Assembly: GCA_046292385.1 (NCBI GenBank)
Contig: JBKBRF010000014.1
Location: 2,142-24,223 of the forward strand
Length of the DNA stretch: 22,082 nucleotides
Reading direction: 5' to 3'
Source of the DNA: Armatimonadota bacterium
GTDB lineage: Bacteria > Armatimonadota > SYMT01
The translations under genes and the position numbers were made by a program. The notes under the pieces are model-generated. The model was not told the origin of the DNA. It searched no databases and worked only from the letters and a program-made list of their open reading frames with translations. Below, in pieces: positions 6,988 through 17,710 of the stretch. Numbering within the stretch: position 1 is the stretch's first letter; each line of letters begins with the position of its first letter.

Positions 6988-8373
6988 CTAGGGCTCCAGC
7001 TCGGGGATCGTCACGACCAGCCCGTAGTTGTTCAGCGCCGTCCGCGCGGCGGCCTGGATCTGCTCCCTGGTCACCGCGGCAACGCTCTGCGGGAAGAAGT
7101 CGTCGAAGTCGTGTCCCAATCGCATCGCGGCGTTCCAGGCCAGCCACTTCGCCTGGTCGCGGGTCCGCTCCAGGCGGAGCGCGTAGCGGCCGATCACGTA
7201 GGCCTTGGCACGGGCCAGCTCCTGCTCGGTCGGGGCTTCGGTGAGGAGGCGGCGGTATTCTTCCAGCAGGTAGCCTTTCACGCGATCGACCACCGGCATG
7301 GAGGACGGCGGCTCTCCGGGACGCTCGTTGAGGACGGCGGTGGGCGTTACCACGTAGCCGACGAGGTGGCTCTGGAACAGGAGCGGCTGGTAGAACGAGC
7401 CGAGGGTGTAGCCGATGCCGTGCTTCTCCCGGATGTTGGCAAAGAGCCGGCCCCGCTTTCCCCCGCCGAGGAGGGCGTCGAGCAGCGCGTGCACCGCGTA
7501 GTTCTCGCCCGTGGCGCCCGGGGCGAGGAACCCGACCATCACCTGCGCGGCGGGTCCGGTCCGCTGCAGCAGCTCCACTCGGGGGCGGGTCAGGCGGTCG
7601 ATGCGGGGGGCGGGCGTTTGCGCCTGCGGGTTGAACGGCGCCGTGGCGAACTCTTTCTGGGCGAGCGACATCGCCCGGTTCGAGTCGAGGTCGCCCACCA
7701 CCGCCACGTAGATGCGGTTCTGCACGTAGCAGGTATCCCAGAACCGCCGGCAGTCGTCGGCCGTAAGCGGCGCCAGCGTCCGCTCGGAGCCGTTCATGGA
7801 GCGGCCGTACGGGCTGGTGGGGTAGATCTGACGGACCAGCGCCTCGTAGGAGCCGCCGGTGAAATCGTCCCGCACGCCGGCCCCGCGGCGGATCAGGAGC
7901 TCCTTTGCCGCCTCCACGTCTTCCGGCGCGAAGCGGGGCTTGCACACCACCTCCGCCAGCAGCTTCAGCGCCGGCTCCACCTGCTCGCGCCCGGTGACGA
8001 TCGAGATCTCGGTGAAGTCGAAGCCGGGCGTGGCGGTCAGGTTGCCGCCCGCGTTCAGGAGCGCCGTCTGAAAGCTCTTGGGCGGCCGGATACTGGAGCC
8101 GCGGACCAGCGCCTCCGCCGTCAGCGCCGCGAGACCCGCCTGGGCCTCGCGCTCGTCCGGCAGGCCCGCGCGGACCAGGCAGACGATCGAGACGATCTCG
8201 GACGAGTCGTTGGTGCGCGTCAGGATCCGGAGCCCGTTGGAGAGCGTGCCGATCCGCACCGGCGGAACCCGGTGATCGCCCGCTGGGGCTGCCCCCTGCG
8301 CGCGGGCGGCGGCGGCGAGGAGCGGCGCACCGGCCGCCGCGGAGAGAAGAGTACGCCGGTTGATCCCGCTCAT
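6988..8373 (-). CDS. M16 (pitrilysin/insulinase) family non-catalytic subunit, Tat signal
   Basis: TLSNGLRIL, HxxEH replaced by ALTAE, RLFANIREKHGIGY; N-terminus MSGINRRTLLSAAAG; ATGA overlap with the upstream gene. Confidence 0.9.
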   Translation of the reverse strand: MSGINRRTLLSAAAGAPLLAAAARAQGAAPAGDHRVPPVRIGTLSNGLRILTRTNDSSEIVSIVCLVRAGLPDEREAQAGLAALTAEALVRGSSIRPPKSFQTALLNAGGNLTATPGFDFTEISIVTGREQVEPALKLLAEVVCKPRFAPEDVEAAKELLIRRGAGVRDDFTGGSYEALVRQIYPTSPYGRSMNGSERTLAPLTADDCRRFWDTCYVQNRIYVAVVGDLDSNRAMSLAQKEFATAPFNPQAQTPAPRIDRLTRPRVELLQRTGPAAQVMVGFLAPGATGENYAVHALLDALLGGGKRGRLFANIREKHGIGYTLGSFYQPLLFQSHLVGYVVTPTAVLNERPGEPPSSMPVVDRVKGYLLEEYRRLLTEAPTEQELARAKAYVIGRYALRLERTRDQAKWLAWNAAMRLGHDFDDFFPQSVAAVTREQIQAAARTALNNYGLVVTIPELEP

Positions 8374-9833
8374 CGGCTTCCCTCCTGCGCGGCGGCTGCC
8401 GGGGCGCACTGCGTGTCCGGCGCCGGCGCGGGGCGATCGTCGCCCTCCGGCCGCAGGATGTAAGCGACCGACTTCTCCTGCACCAGGTACTTCCGTGCCA
8501 CCTCCTGCAGCTGCTCGGCGGTCACCGCCTGCACCTTCGCGGGGTATTCGCAGGCGAAGCGCCAGTTGCCGATGGCGGCGTAGTAGCCGAGCGAGGAAGC
8601 CTGTCCGGAGTAGGGCTCGTTATCCATGCGGTAGGTGCCCGCCAGGATCCGCTTGGCGAGGGTGAGCTCCGCCTCGGGCACCGGGTTGGCGCGGAGGAAG
8701 TCGATCTCTCGCCGGAGGCGCCCTTCGATCGCCTCCACGCTGCCGGGCGCGGTGACCGCGGTCACCGTGAAGAGCCCGTGGTGCCGGCGCGTCGTGAAAC
8801 CGGCGCTCACCGCGGCGCCGTTCCCCACGGCGCGCGGCAGGCGCCCGGAGCCCTGGTGCTCCAGGAGCGTCAGGAGCAGGTCCATTGCCGCCACCTCCGC
8901 CTCGTCCGCGATCGCCGGCGCCGGGTAAGCGAGGCCGAGGATCCCGTTGGGAATCGGCACCGGCTCCACTTTGCGCTGCGGCAGGCTGCCGGGCAGCTCC
9001 GGCTGGGGCAGCGGCGCCGGCTGCGCGGTCGCCGGCTTGCCGGCGTCGAACGCCTTCTCGACCGCCGCGGTGATCCCGGCGGTATCGACGTCTCCCACGA
9101 TGACGACCGTGATGTTCGCGGGGAGGTAGTGGCGCTCGTAGTAGGCCCGCACCGCGTCCGGGGTGATGCCGCGGACGAACTCGCCGGTCCCGCGGACGTC
9201 GAACTGGTACGGGTGGGTGCGGTAGGCCATGGCGTAGAGCTGCTGCGGAATCGCCAGCTCCACGCTCCGCTGCACGTTCTGGACTTCTTCCAGCAGGATG
9301 CTCCGCTCGTCGTCCAGGTCTTTCGGGCGGAACGCCGGCTTTCGCAGCGCCTCGCCGATCACGCCGACCACCCGCTCCGCGTAGCGGCCCGCGACGGTGC
9401 AGCTAAACTGCGTCCAGTCCTTCTCCGTCTGCGCGGAGAGCAGGCCGCCCACGCTTTCGATCTCCTCGTCGATCGAGCCCGGCTCGCCGGTCGCGGTGCC
9501 TTTGAAGACGAGGTGCTCGATCACGTGCGCGGTGCCGGAGGTCTCCTTCGTCTCGTACAGGCCGCCGCCCTGGACCCAGACCTGCACCGCCGCCAGCGGA
9601 GCGGCGTGCTCCTCTTTCACCAGCAGCCGCAGTCCGCTGGGGAAGATTTTTTCCCGGATTCGGGAGACCTCCAGCGTTCCCGGGTGTGCCGGAACCGCTG
9701 CCAGCAGCGCGAGGAGGGCGAGAAGCGGCAGCCCTGCTGGGCGCGGCACGCGCCGGGGGAGCGCGGTCCGGCGGCGCGGCAGCCGGCGAAGACGGTGGGA
9801 GAGTACTGCCAGAAGTTTCACGGTAGCCCCCAC
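8370..9833 (-). CDS. M16 family zinc peptidase, catalytic subunit, exported (start uncertain)
   Basis: PSGLRLLV, GTAHVIEHLVFKGT (HxxEH), ERSILLEE, HPYQ; Arg-rich plus hydrophobic N-terminus. Confidence 0.92.
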   Translation of the reverse strand: MGATVKLLAVLSHRLRRLPRRRTALPRRVPRPAGLPLLALLALLAAVPAHPGTLEVSRIREKIFPSGLRLLVKEEHAAPLAAVQVWVQGGGLYETKETSGTAHVIEHLVFKGTATGEPGSIDEEIESVGGLLSAQTEKDWTQFSCTVAGRYAERVVGVIGEALRKPAFRPKDLDDERSILLEEVQNVQRSVELAIPQQLYAMAYRTHPYQFDVRGTGEFVRGITPDAVRAYYERHYLPANITVVIVGDVDTAGITAAVEKAFDAGKPATAQPAPLPQPELPGSLPQRKVEPVPIPNGILGLAYPAPAIADEAEVAAMDLLLTLLEHQGSGRLPRAVGNGAAVSAGFTTRRHHGLFTVTAVTAPGSVEAIEGRLRREIDFLRANPVPEAELTLAKRILAGTYRMDNEPYSGQASSLGYYAAIGNWRFACEYPAKVQAVTAEQLQEVARKYLVQEKSVAYILRPEGDDRPAPAPDTQCAPAAAAQEGSR

Positions 9834-9915
9834 TTCCCCGGCAGAGGCCCTTTCTCCTTCGCGCCGGTCGCTCCCGCCGGCTTTCGGACGAGAGGCGGGC
9901 AGGCCGCCGCGCGAT

Positions 9916-9941
9916 GTCTAGCAATCCGGCGCGCCGGGTAT
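9916..9941 (+). promoter_or_regulatory. SigB-type promoter
   Basis: GTCTAG-N14-GGGTAT upstream of the GlsB/YeaQ/YmgE gene. Confidence 0.5.
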
Positions 9942-10084
9942 AGAGACGACGGATGGGCTCGGACGCGGGGTGAAGGGGCCGGGGAGGGCCGGCCCCCTGC
10001 GGAAGGGCCCACGAGCTTCGTGGAGACGGAAAAACCGCTCCGGTAGAGCCGGAGCGCCGCAATAGAGGGAGATGGGAGGAACGG

Positions 10085-10342
10085 ATGGAGCTTATCTGGT
10101 GGCTGGTGGTTGGCCTCGTAGCGGGTTGGCTTGCCAAGCTGGTGGTCCCGGGCCGCGAGCCCGGCGGATTTCTGGCGACGCTCGCGATCGGTATCGTGGG
10201 CTCGCTGCTCGGCGGTTGGATCTGGTCCATCGCCTTCGGCGCCCAGAACACCGCGGGCAGTATCCTGGTGGCGTTCGTCGGTGCCGTAGTGCTGCTGCTG
10301 CTCTACCACGCCGTAGCGGGCACCTGGCGGACCCGGGCGTAA
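10085..10342 (+). CDS. GlsB/YeaQ/YmgE family stress-response membrane protein (transglycosylase-associated)
   Basis: WLVVGLVAGWLAKLVVPG...GIVGSLLGG...AFVGAVVLL; GGGAGG RBS. Confidence 0.95.
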   Translation: MELIWWLVVGLVAGWLAKLVVPGREPGGFLATLAIGIVGSLLGGWIWSIAFGAQNTAGSILVAFVGAVVLLLLYHAVAGTWRTRA

Positions 10343-10363
10343 CGCGCCGGCAGAACGGACCGT

Positions 10364-10401
10364 AAAAACGGAGAAGGGGGCGCCTCGCGGCGGCCCCCTT
10401 C
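10364..10401. terminator. Intrinsic terminator between convergent genes
   Basis: GAAGGGGGCGCC-TCGC-GGCGGCCCCCTTC hairpin; AAAAA at 10364-10368 gives a U-tract on the minus strand. Confidence 0.75.
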
Positions 10402-10415
10402 GCTCGTGTACCGGG

Positions 10416-11252
10416 CTAGCGTCCGCGGTAGAGCTTCAACACTGCCGGATCCGGAGAGAGGGTGAGCCGCGCGCCCCCCTCGATCTCCACCGGCGTCTCC
10501 GGGGCGCGCCAGCGCCCGTCCCGGTCGGAGACCCGCAGGCGGTACTCGCCGGGGCGGACCTGCAGCCCGGAGGCCGCCGCCTTCTCGTCCGAGCCGCCCA
10601 GCGTGAGGCCGTTCTTGTTGACCAGCTCGACCAGGATCGTCTGGTCGGGGCTCGTCAGGCGGACCGTGGCGAGCTTGAACGCCGCTCTCTCGAGCTTGGC
10701 GCTCGCAGACGCGACCGGCGCCTCATCCGGGAACATGGTGTAGCTGAGCCAGGTGCCGACCACCACCGAGGCGACGAGATAGACGACCGTCCCGATCACG
10801 ATCAGCGCGTTGCGTCCCAGCCGGCCGGCGGAGTGCGCCACGGCGAGAGAGCGCTGGGCTCGCGCCGGCGGGCGGACCGGCGCCGCGGCCGCGGGCGCAG
10901 GCGCGGAGGCCGCCGGCGCCGCCTCGGGCTGCCGCGCCTCCGGCTCCGGCGCCTGGTCTACCGCCGCGCCTTCGGAAGCGACGCGCTGCGGCACCCAGGA
11001 GCGGTCCCGCTCCTCCGCCGCCTGGCGGGCGGCCTCCATCTGGGCGACCGTGCCGCCGCAGCTCTCGCACTCTTCGGCGTCCGGCTGCATCGCGGACCAG
11101 CAGAAGCTGCAATAAGCCTCACCCGACGGCGTTGCCGCGGCCGCGGCGGGGTCATCCGCCACCAACTGGGCCAGCACGGAGGAGGGATCGACTCCCGTTC
11201 CCGCGCGCGACTTCGGCTTCCACTCTGCACCTGACGTTCCAGTGTCCATCAC
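10416..11252 (-). CDS. Zinc-ribbon membrane protein with Ala/Pro linker and extracytoplasmic beta-rich domain
   Basis: CSFC-x10-CESC, Ala/Pro-rich linker, one TM (ALIVIGTVVYLVASVVVGTWL), C-terminal VRPGEYRLRV; start GTG 11252 or ATG 11249. Confidence 0.75.
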   Translation of the reverse strand: MMDTGTSGAEWKPKSRAGTGVDPSSVLAQLVADDPAAAAATPSGEAYCSFCWSAMQPDAEECESCGGTVAQMEAARQAAEERDRSWVPQRVASEGAAVDQAPEPEARQPEAAPAASAPAPAAAAPVRPPARAQRSLAVAHSAGRLGRNALIVIGTVVYLVASVVVGTWLSYTMFPDEAPVASASAKLERAAFKLATVRLTSPDQTILVELVNKNGLTLGGSDEKAAASGLQVRPGEYRLRVSDRDGRWRAPETPVEIEGGARLTLSPDPAVLKLYRGR

Positions 11253-11294
11253 GCGGATTATCGGCGAGATCCCCCCCGCCTGCAGTGTCCATAT

Positions 11295-11364
11295 CTATCA
11301 GCGATAGTTATCAGACCAAGAAGAACATATAAGAACCGCTAACCAATCGAACATGATAGAACCG
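11295..11364. promoter_or_regulatory. AT-rich divergent promoter region with palindrome and direct repeats
   Basis: CTATC-AGC-GATAG at 11295-11307; GAAC at 11323, 11333, 11349, 11359. Confidence 0.4.
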
Positions 11365-11371
11365 AATAGCC

Positions 11372-12129
11372 ATGTCGCCTGCCGGTCCGGCCTCCGCCGG
11401 CGGGCCCCCGCCGTCTTTGAAGGACGAGGCAACGTCCACGATGTCGCAAAAGCCGTCTTCGTCGTCCATCGCTACCAAAGCGCTGATCGCGGTAACCGGG
11501 GTGGGGCTGATTGCCTACCTGGTGCTCCATATCGCGGGCAACCTGGTGGTCTTCGCCGGTCCGGACAAGTTCAACCGGTACTCCGATTTCCTGATCAAGA
11601 GCCCCGTCACGCTGCCGCTGGAGATCGCGCTGGCGCTGGTGTTCCTGATCCACGTCTACAAGACGGTAACGAACTTCGCCAAGAACCGCGCCGCCCGCCC
11701 GCAGGCCTACGCGCAGAAGAAGTGGGCGGGGCACACCAGCCGCAAGAGCGTGGCGTCGACCACGATGATCGTCACCGGGAGCATCATCCTGCTCTTCCTG
11801 GTGATGCACCTGGTCGACTTCCGCTTCGGCAGCCACTACGAGGTGGCCGGCACAGACCACGTGCGAGACCTCTACCGCACAGAGATGGAGGTGCTGAGCA
11901 ACCCGTGGAAGGTGCTGCTCTACAGCGTGGCGATGCTGCTGATCGGGTCGCACCTGTGGCACGGGGGCTGGAGCTGGCTGCAGTCGCTGGGGCTCGGCAG
12001 CGAGCGCTACACGCCCGCCTTCGTGCGGGGCGCTAAGGCGCTGGCGGTGATCATCGCCGGCGGGTTCTTGGTCATCGTCCTCTGGGTGTTCTTCTTCGCC
12101 AGCAGGGGTTACGTTCCGGGAGGGGCGCA

Positions 12130-12133
<4 letters not shown>
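11372..12133 (+). CDS. sdhC: Succinate dehydrogenase/fumarate reductase cytochrome b subunit (alternative start ATG 11441)
   Basis: [13 protein letters not shown], five TM helices, His ligands in LHIAGN, IHVYK, MHL, SHLWHG; directly upstream of sdhA. Confidence 0.93.
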
Positions 12134-14043
<1,910 letters not shown>

Positions 14044-14078
14044 CTCGCCGCGCCATAAGATAGATCCGGTAGCATTCG

Positions 14079-14822
14079 ATGAGACTGAACCTCCAAGTCT
14101 GGCGCCAGGCGGCCCCGAACCAGCCCGGCCGAATGGTCAACTACGTGGCCGAGAGCGTCTCCCCGGACATGTCGTTCCTGGAGATGCTCGACGTCGTCAA
14201 CGAAGGGTTGATCCGCCGCGGGGAAGACCCGATCGCGTTCGACTCCGACTGCCGCGAAGGCATCTGCGGCATGTGCGGGGTGATGATCAACGGGGTCGCC
14301 CACGGTCCGGACCCCGGCACCACCACCTGCCAGCTCCACATGCGGCGGTTCAAGGACGGCGATACGGTCGTCATCGAGCCGTGGCGCTCCGCCGCCTTCC
14401 CGGTGGTGAAGGACCTGGTGGTCGACCGCTCCTCGTTCGACCGCATCATCCAGGCGGGCGGCTACATCTCCGTGAACACCGGCTCCGCGCCGGACGCCAA
14501 CGCGATCCCGATCCCCCGCGAGACGGTGGAGCACGCGATGGACTCCGCCGCCTGCATCGCCTGCGGGGCGTGCGTGGCGCAGTGCAAGAACGGCTCCGCC
14601 GCGCTGTTCACCAGCGCCAAGATCACCCACCTGAATCTGCTGCCGCAGGGCCAGCCGGAGCGGGGCCGGCGCGTGCTGAAGATGGTGGCGCAGATGGACG
14701 CCGAAGGGTTCGGAAGCTGCTCCAACGAGGGGGAGTGCGAGGCGGTCTGCCCCAAGGAGATCCAGCTCTCCAACATCGCCCGCATGAACCGGGAGTACGT
14801 GCGGGCGGTCGTGACCAAGTAG
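14079..14822 (+). CDS. sdhB: Succinate dehydrogenase/fumarate reductase iron-sulfur subunit
   Basis: CREGICGMC...[26 protein letters not shown]. Confidence 0.97.
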   Translation: MRLNLQVWRQAAPNQPGRMVNYVAESVSPDMSFLEMLDVVNEGLIRRGEDPIAFDSDCREGICGMCGVMINGVAHGPDPGTTTCQLHMRRFKDGDTVVIEPWRSAAFPVVKDLVVDRSSFDRIIQAGGYISVNTGSAPDANAIPIPRETVEHAMDSAACIACGACVAQCKNGSAALFTSAKITHLNLLPQGQPERGRRVLKMVAQMDAEGFGSCSNEGECEAVCPKEIQLSNIARMNREYVRAVVTK

Positions 14823-14846
14823 AGCGGCCTCTCCGCTCTGCCGACG

Positions 14847-17129
14847 ATGAGGGAGGGCGGTGAGCCCCACCGCCCCGCTCCCGCCGTCCCGACCGCCACC
14901 GCTATGCCCTCCCAGCATCCGTTCCTCCGGCAGCGGCTGGAGATCCCTTTCCCGGCCGAAGAGCCGCACGCGGGGATCGCCCTCGGCAACGGCACCCTGG
15001 ACGCGCTGCTGTGGGGCGGCGGACGCGCGGTGCGGGTCACGCTGGGCCGCGCCGACTACTGGTACCACGGTCGCTCCGCTCCACCGCACCCGGAGGCGAC
15101 CTACGCCAACCTCTGCGAGTGGCTGCAGAGCGGCGATACCGCCCGGCTCGAGGCGGTCTTCGGCAGTCCGAGCGCCGCTGGCGACGAGCGCGCCTCCACG
15201 CGGCTTCCCCTCGGCCGGATCGAGCTGCAGCTGCCGGACGACTGGAGCCTGGTCTCCGGCGGGCTCCACCTGGAGACCGGCGAGGCGGAGCTGGAGCTGG
15301 ACGGCTACCGGGACCGCGGCAAGCTGCGGGGAGTGCTGCTGCGGGAGGCGCCGGTGCTCTGCCTGCGGGTCACCGGCCCCACCGGCGGCGCGGTCCGGGT
15401 GAGCGGTCACCCCGCCGAGTCCCCGGCGCTGCGCTCCCGTGGAATGCCTCCCCCGGTGAAGTTCGACCTGGGCGAGCTCGGCGGCTGGGTGCAGGAGCAG
15501 CCGAGCGGCCCGGCGGTCTGCGTCGCCTGGCTCCGGCACGAGGGTCCCGGCGGTCTGCTGCTCTATCTCACCGCGGCGTACGGCGCCGACCCGGCCGACG
15601 CCCGCAAGCAGGCGCTTTCCGCGCTGGAAGCGGTCAGCAGCGCCGGCTACACGCCCGCCACGCTCCGAAGCTTCACCGCCTTCCGCCGCTGGTGGGAGCA
15701 GCTTCCGGTCGTCAGCCTGCCGGATCCGGCTCTGGAGCTGCTCTACTACACCGGGCTCTACCGACTCTCCGGCTTCGGCGCCCCGGGCGACGCCTGGGTC
15801 GAGGAGCGCTCCCTTCCGGCGCTCGGCGGCGGTCCGCGCTTCGATCCGGCCGGCCTGGCGGCCTACTGGCCCGCCGCGGCCGCGAGCCACCCGGAATGCC
15901 TCGATCCGCTGGAGAGGTGGCTGGCGGAACGTCGGGAAGCGCTCCAGGCGGGCGCCGCGGCTTTCGCCGGCACCGGGGAGGGGCTGCTGCTGCCGCGGGT
16001 GACGGACCAGGACGGCGGCGCCGCCGCGGGCGCGAGCGGCCTGGACGCGACCGACCCCGCCGGAGCCGCGCTGGCGGCGCAGCTCTGCTGGCAGCGCTAC
16101 CGGCTGACCGGGGACGTGGAGTACCTGCGGGAGACCGCGTACCCCCTGCTGCGCGGCGCGATGCGGGTCTACGAGTATCTGCTGCGGGCAGACGGCGCCG
16201 CGCTCGCTCTTCCGGCCGGCAGCTCCCCCGGCTTCGAAGACGGCGACGGACCGGCGCTGGGGCGCAACCCGAGCTTCCACCTGACAGCGATCCACTTCCT
16301 CGGCCGCGCCCTCCTGCGCGCGTCCGAGCTGCTGGGGAGGGACGAGGAGCAGCGGGCCGTCTGGCGGGAGATCCTCACCCGGCTCCCGCTAGCAGCCACC
16401 GACTCCATGCCGGAGCTGCTGGTCTGGGAGGGGCAGCCGCTCTCCCGCAGCCAGCCGCTCCACTCCCACCTGGCGGCGATCTACCCGTTCGACCTGCTCG
16501 ACCTGGAAGGGAGCGAGGCCGACCGCAGGCTCGTGCGGCACTCGCTCCGCCGGCTCACGGAGCGCGGGGCGGGGCGCTGGACCGCCGCGTCGTTTCCCTG
16601 GGGGGCGATCCTCCACGCCCGCGCGGGAAATGGGGACGCCGCCGCTCTGCTGCTGGAGACGTTCCGGCGCGCCTTCGTGGGGCCGGGCTGCGCGGTGGAG
16701 GGGACCGCTCGCGTTCCGGGGGTCTCCGCCGCGGGGGAAACCGGCGAGCGGATCGACCATGCGGCGGGACCGGCCGCCGCGGCCGCCGTGCTGGAGATGC
16801 TGCTGCATACCGCCGGCGGGGTGCTGCGGGTCTTCCCCGCCGTCCCCGCCGGGTGGCGCAGCGCCGGCTTTCAGCGCGTCAGGGCCGAGGGAGCGTTCCT
16901 CGTCTCCGCCGCGCTGGAGGAGGGCCGCGTGCGGGGGGTGGAAGTGACCAGCGAGCGCGGCGAGACGCTGCGGCTGCGGAATCCGTGGAGCGACGGGCCC
17001 GTGGTGATCCGCCGCGCGGAGGGGCCGCCGAGTCACGTCCGCGGCCGGCTGCTCGAGATCCGGACCGCCGCCGGCGAGACGCTGACGGTGGAGCCGGCCG
17101 GTTTGAGACGAAGGGACGAGGCCCCATGA
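14847..17129 (+). CDS. Glycoside hydrolase family 95-like protein (divergent active site; start may be ATG 14904)
   Basis: IALGNGTL, YRLTGDVEYLRETAYPLL, SHLAAIYP, VLEMLL...LRVFPAVPAGW...VRAEGAFLVSA typical of the GH95 (alpha/alpha)6 barrel and C-terminal domain. Confidence 0.8.
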   Translation: MREGGEPHRPAPAVPTATAMPSQHPFLRQRLEIPFPAEEPHAGIALGNGTLDALLWGGGRAVRVTLGRADYWYHGRSAPPHPEATYANLCEWLQSGDTARLEAVFGSPSAAGDERASTRLPLGRIELQLPDDWSLVSGGLHLETGEAELELDGYRDRGKLRGVLLREAPVLCLRVTGPTGGAVRVSGHPAESPALRSRGMPPPVKFDLGELGGWVQEQPSGPAVCVAWLRHEGPGGLLLYLTAAYGADPADARKQALSALEAVSSAGYTPATLRSFTAFRRWWEQLPVVSLPDPALELLYYTGLYRLSGFGAPGDAWVEERSLPALGGGPRFDPAGLAAYWPAAAASHPECLDPLERWLAERREALQAGAAAFAGTGEGLLLPRVTDQDGGAAAGASGLDATDPAGAALAAQLCWQRYRLTGDVEYLRETAYPLLRGAMRVYEYLLRADGAALALPAGSSPGFEDGDGPALGRNPSFHLTAIHFLGRALLRASELLGRDEEQRAVWREILTRLPLAATDSMPELLVWEGQPLSRSQPLHSHLAAIYPFDLLDLEGSEADRRLVRHSLRRLTERGAGRWTAASFPWGAILHARAGNGDAAALLLETFRRAFVGPGCAVEGTARVPGVSAAGETGERIDHAAGPAAAAAVLEMLLHTAGGVLRVFPAVPAGWRSAGFQRVRAEGAFLVSAALEEGRVRGVEVTSERGETLRLRNPWSDGPVVIRRAEGPPSHVRGRLLEIRTAAGETLTVEPAGLRRRDEAP

Positions 17130-17512
17130 ACGAGACCGTCGCGCTGATCGCGCACGACGAGAAGAAGGACGACCTGATCCGCTTCGTGCTGAAGGAGCGT
17201 TCCCGCTTCGAATCGCTCTGCCTGATCGCCACCGGCACCACCGGCTCCCGCATCGCCGAGGCGAGCGGCCTCGAGGTGGAGCGCCTGCTCTCCGGCCCCC
17301 TGGGAGGGGACGCGCAGATCGCGGCGCGCGTGGCGGTGGGGGAAGTAGCGGCGGTGATCTTCTTCGTCGACCCGCTGCACGCGCACCCGCACGAGCCGGA
17401 TATCCAGGGGCTGCTGCGGGTCTGCAACGTGCACAACGTGCCGCTGGCAACGAACCCGGCCACCGCGGAGGCGGTGCTCGACTACCTCTCCGCGCGGCGG
17501 CAACCGGAATAG
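17126..17512 (+). CDS. mgsA: Methylglyoxal synthase
   Basis: VALIAHDEKK, ATGTTG, SGPLGGDAQI, FFVDPL, HPHEPD, NVPLATN; ATGA overlap with the upstream gene. Confidence 0.97.
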   Translation: MNETVALIAHDEKKDDLIRFVLKERSRFESLCLIATGTTGSRIAEASGLEVERLLSGPLGGDAQIAARVAVGEVAAVIFFVDPLHAHPHEPDIQGLLRVCNVHNVPLATNPATAEAVLDYLSARRQPE

Positions 17513-17710
17513 TACCCGGGACTCGTGCGGTCTAATCGCCGTCAATCCGAATTTCCCGGAACTCAGCAGCGTGACATCACGTCAAAGAGTCGGACCGCAA
17601 ATGATTTGATCGACCGGGCAGGAGATCCTCGCCCGGCGCAGAATATTGTTCAGGCTGCGGTCTCCAGATTTTTGATCCCTCCCATCCGGAGCCGGGGAAA
17701 GGCACTCCTC

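Noticed and set aside
15011..17125. 833-aa ORF appearing as a long fusion to MgsA
   Set aside because: Arg/Gly/Ala-rich off-frame read-through over the GH95-like gene; MgsA starts at ATG 17126
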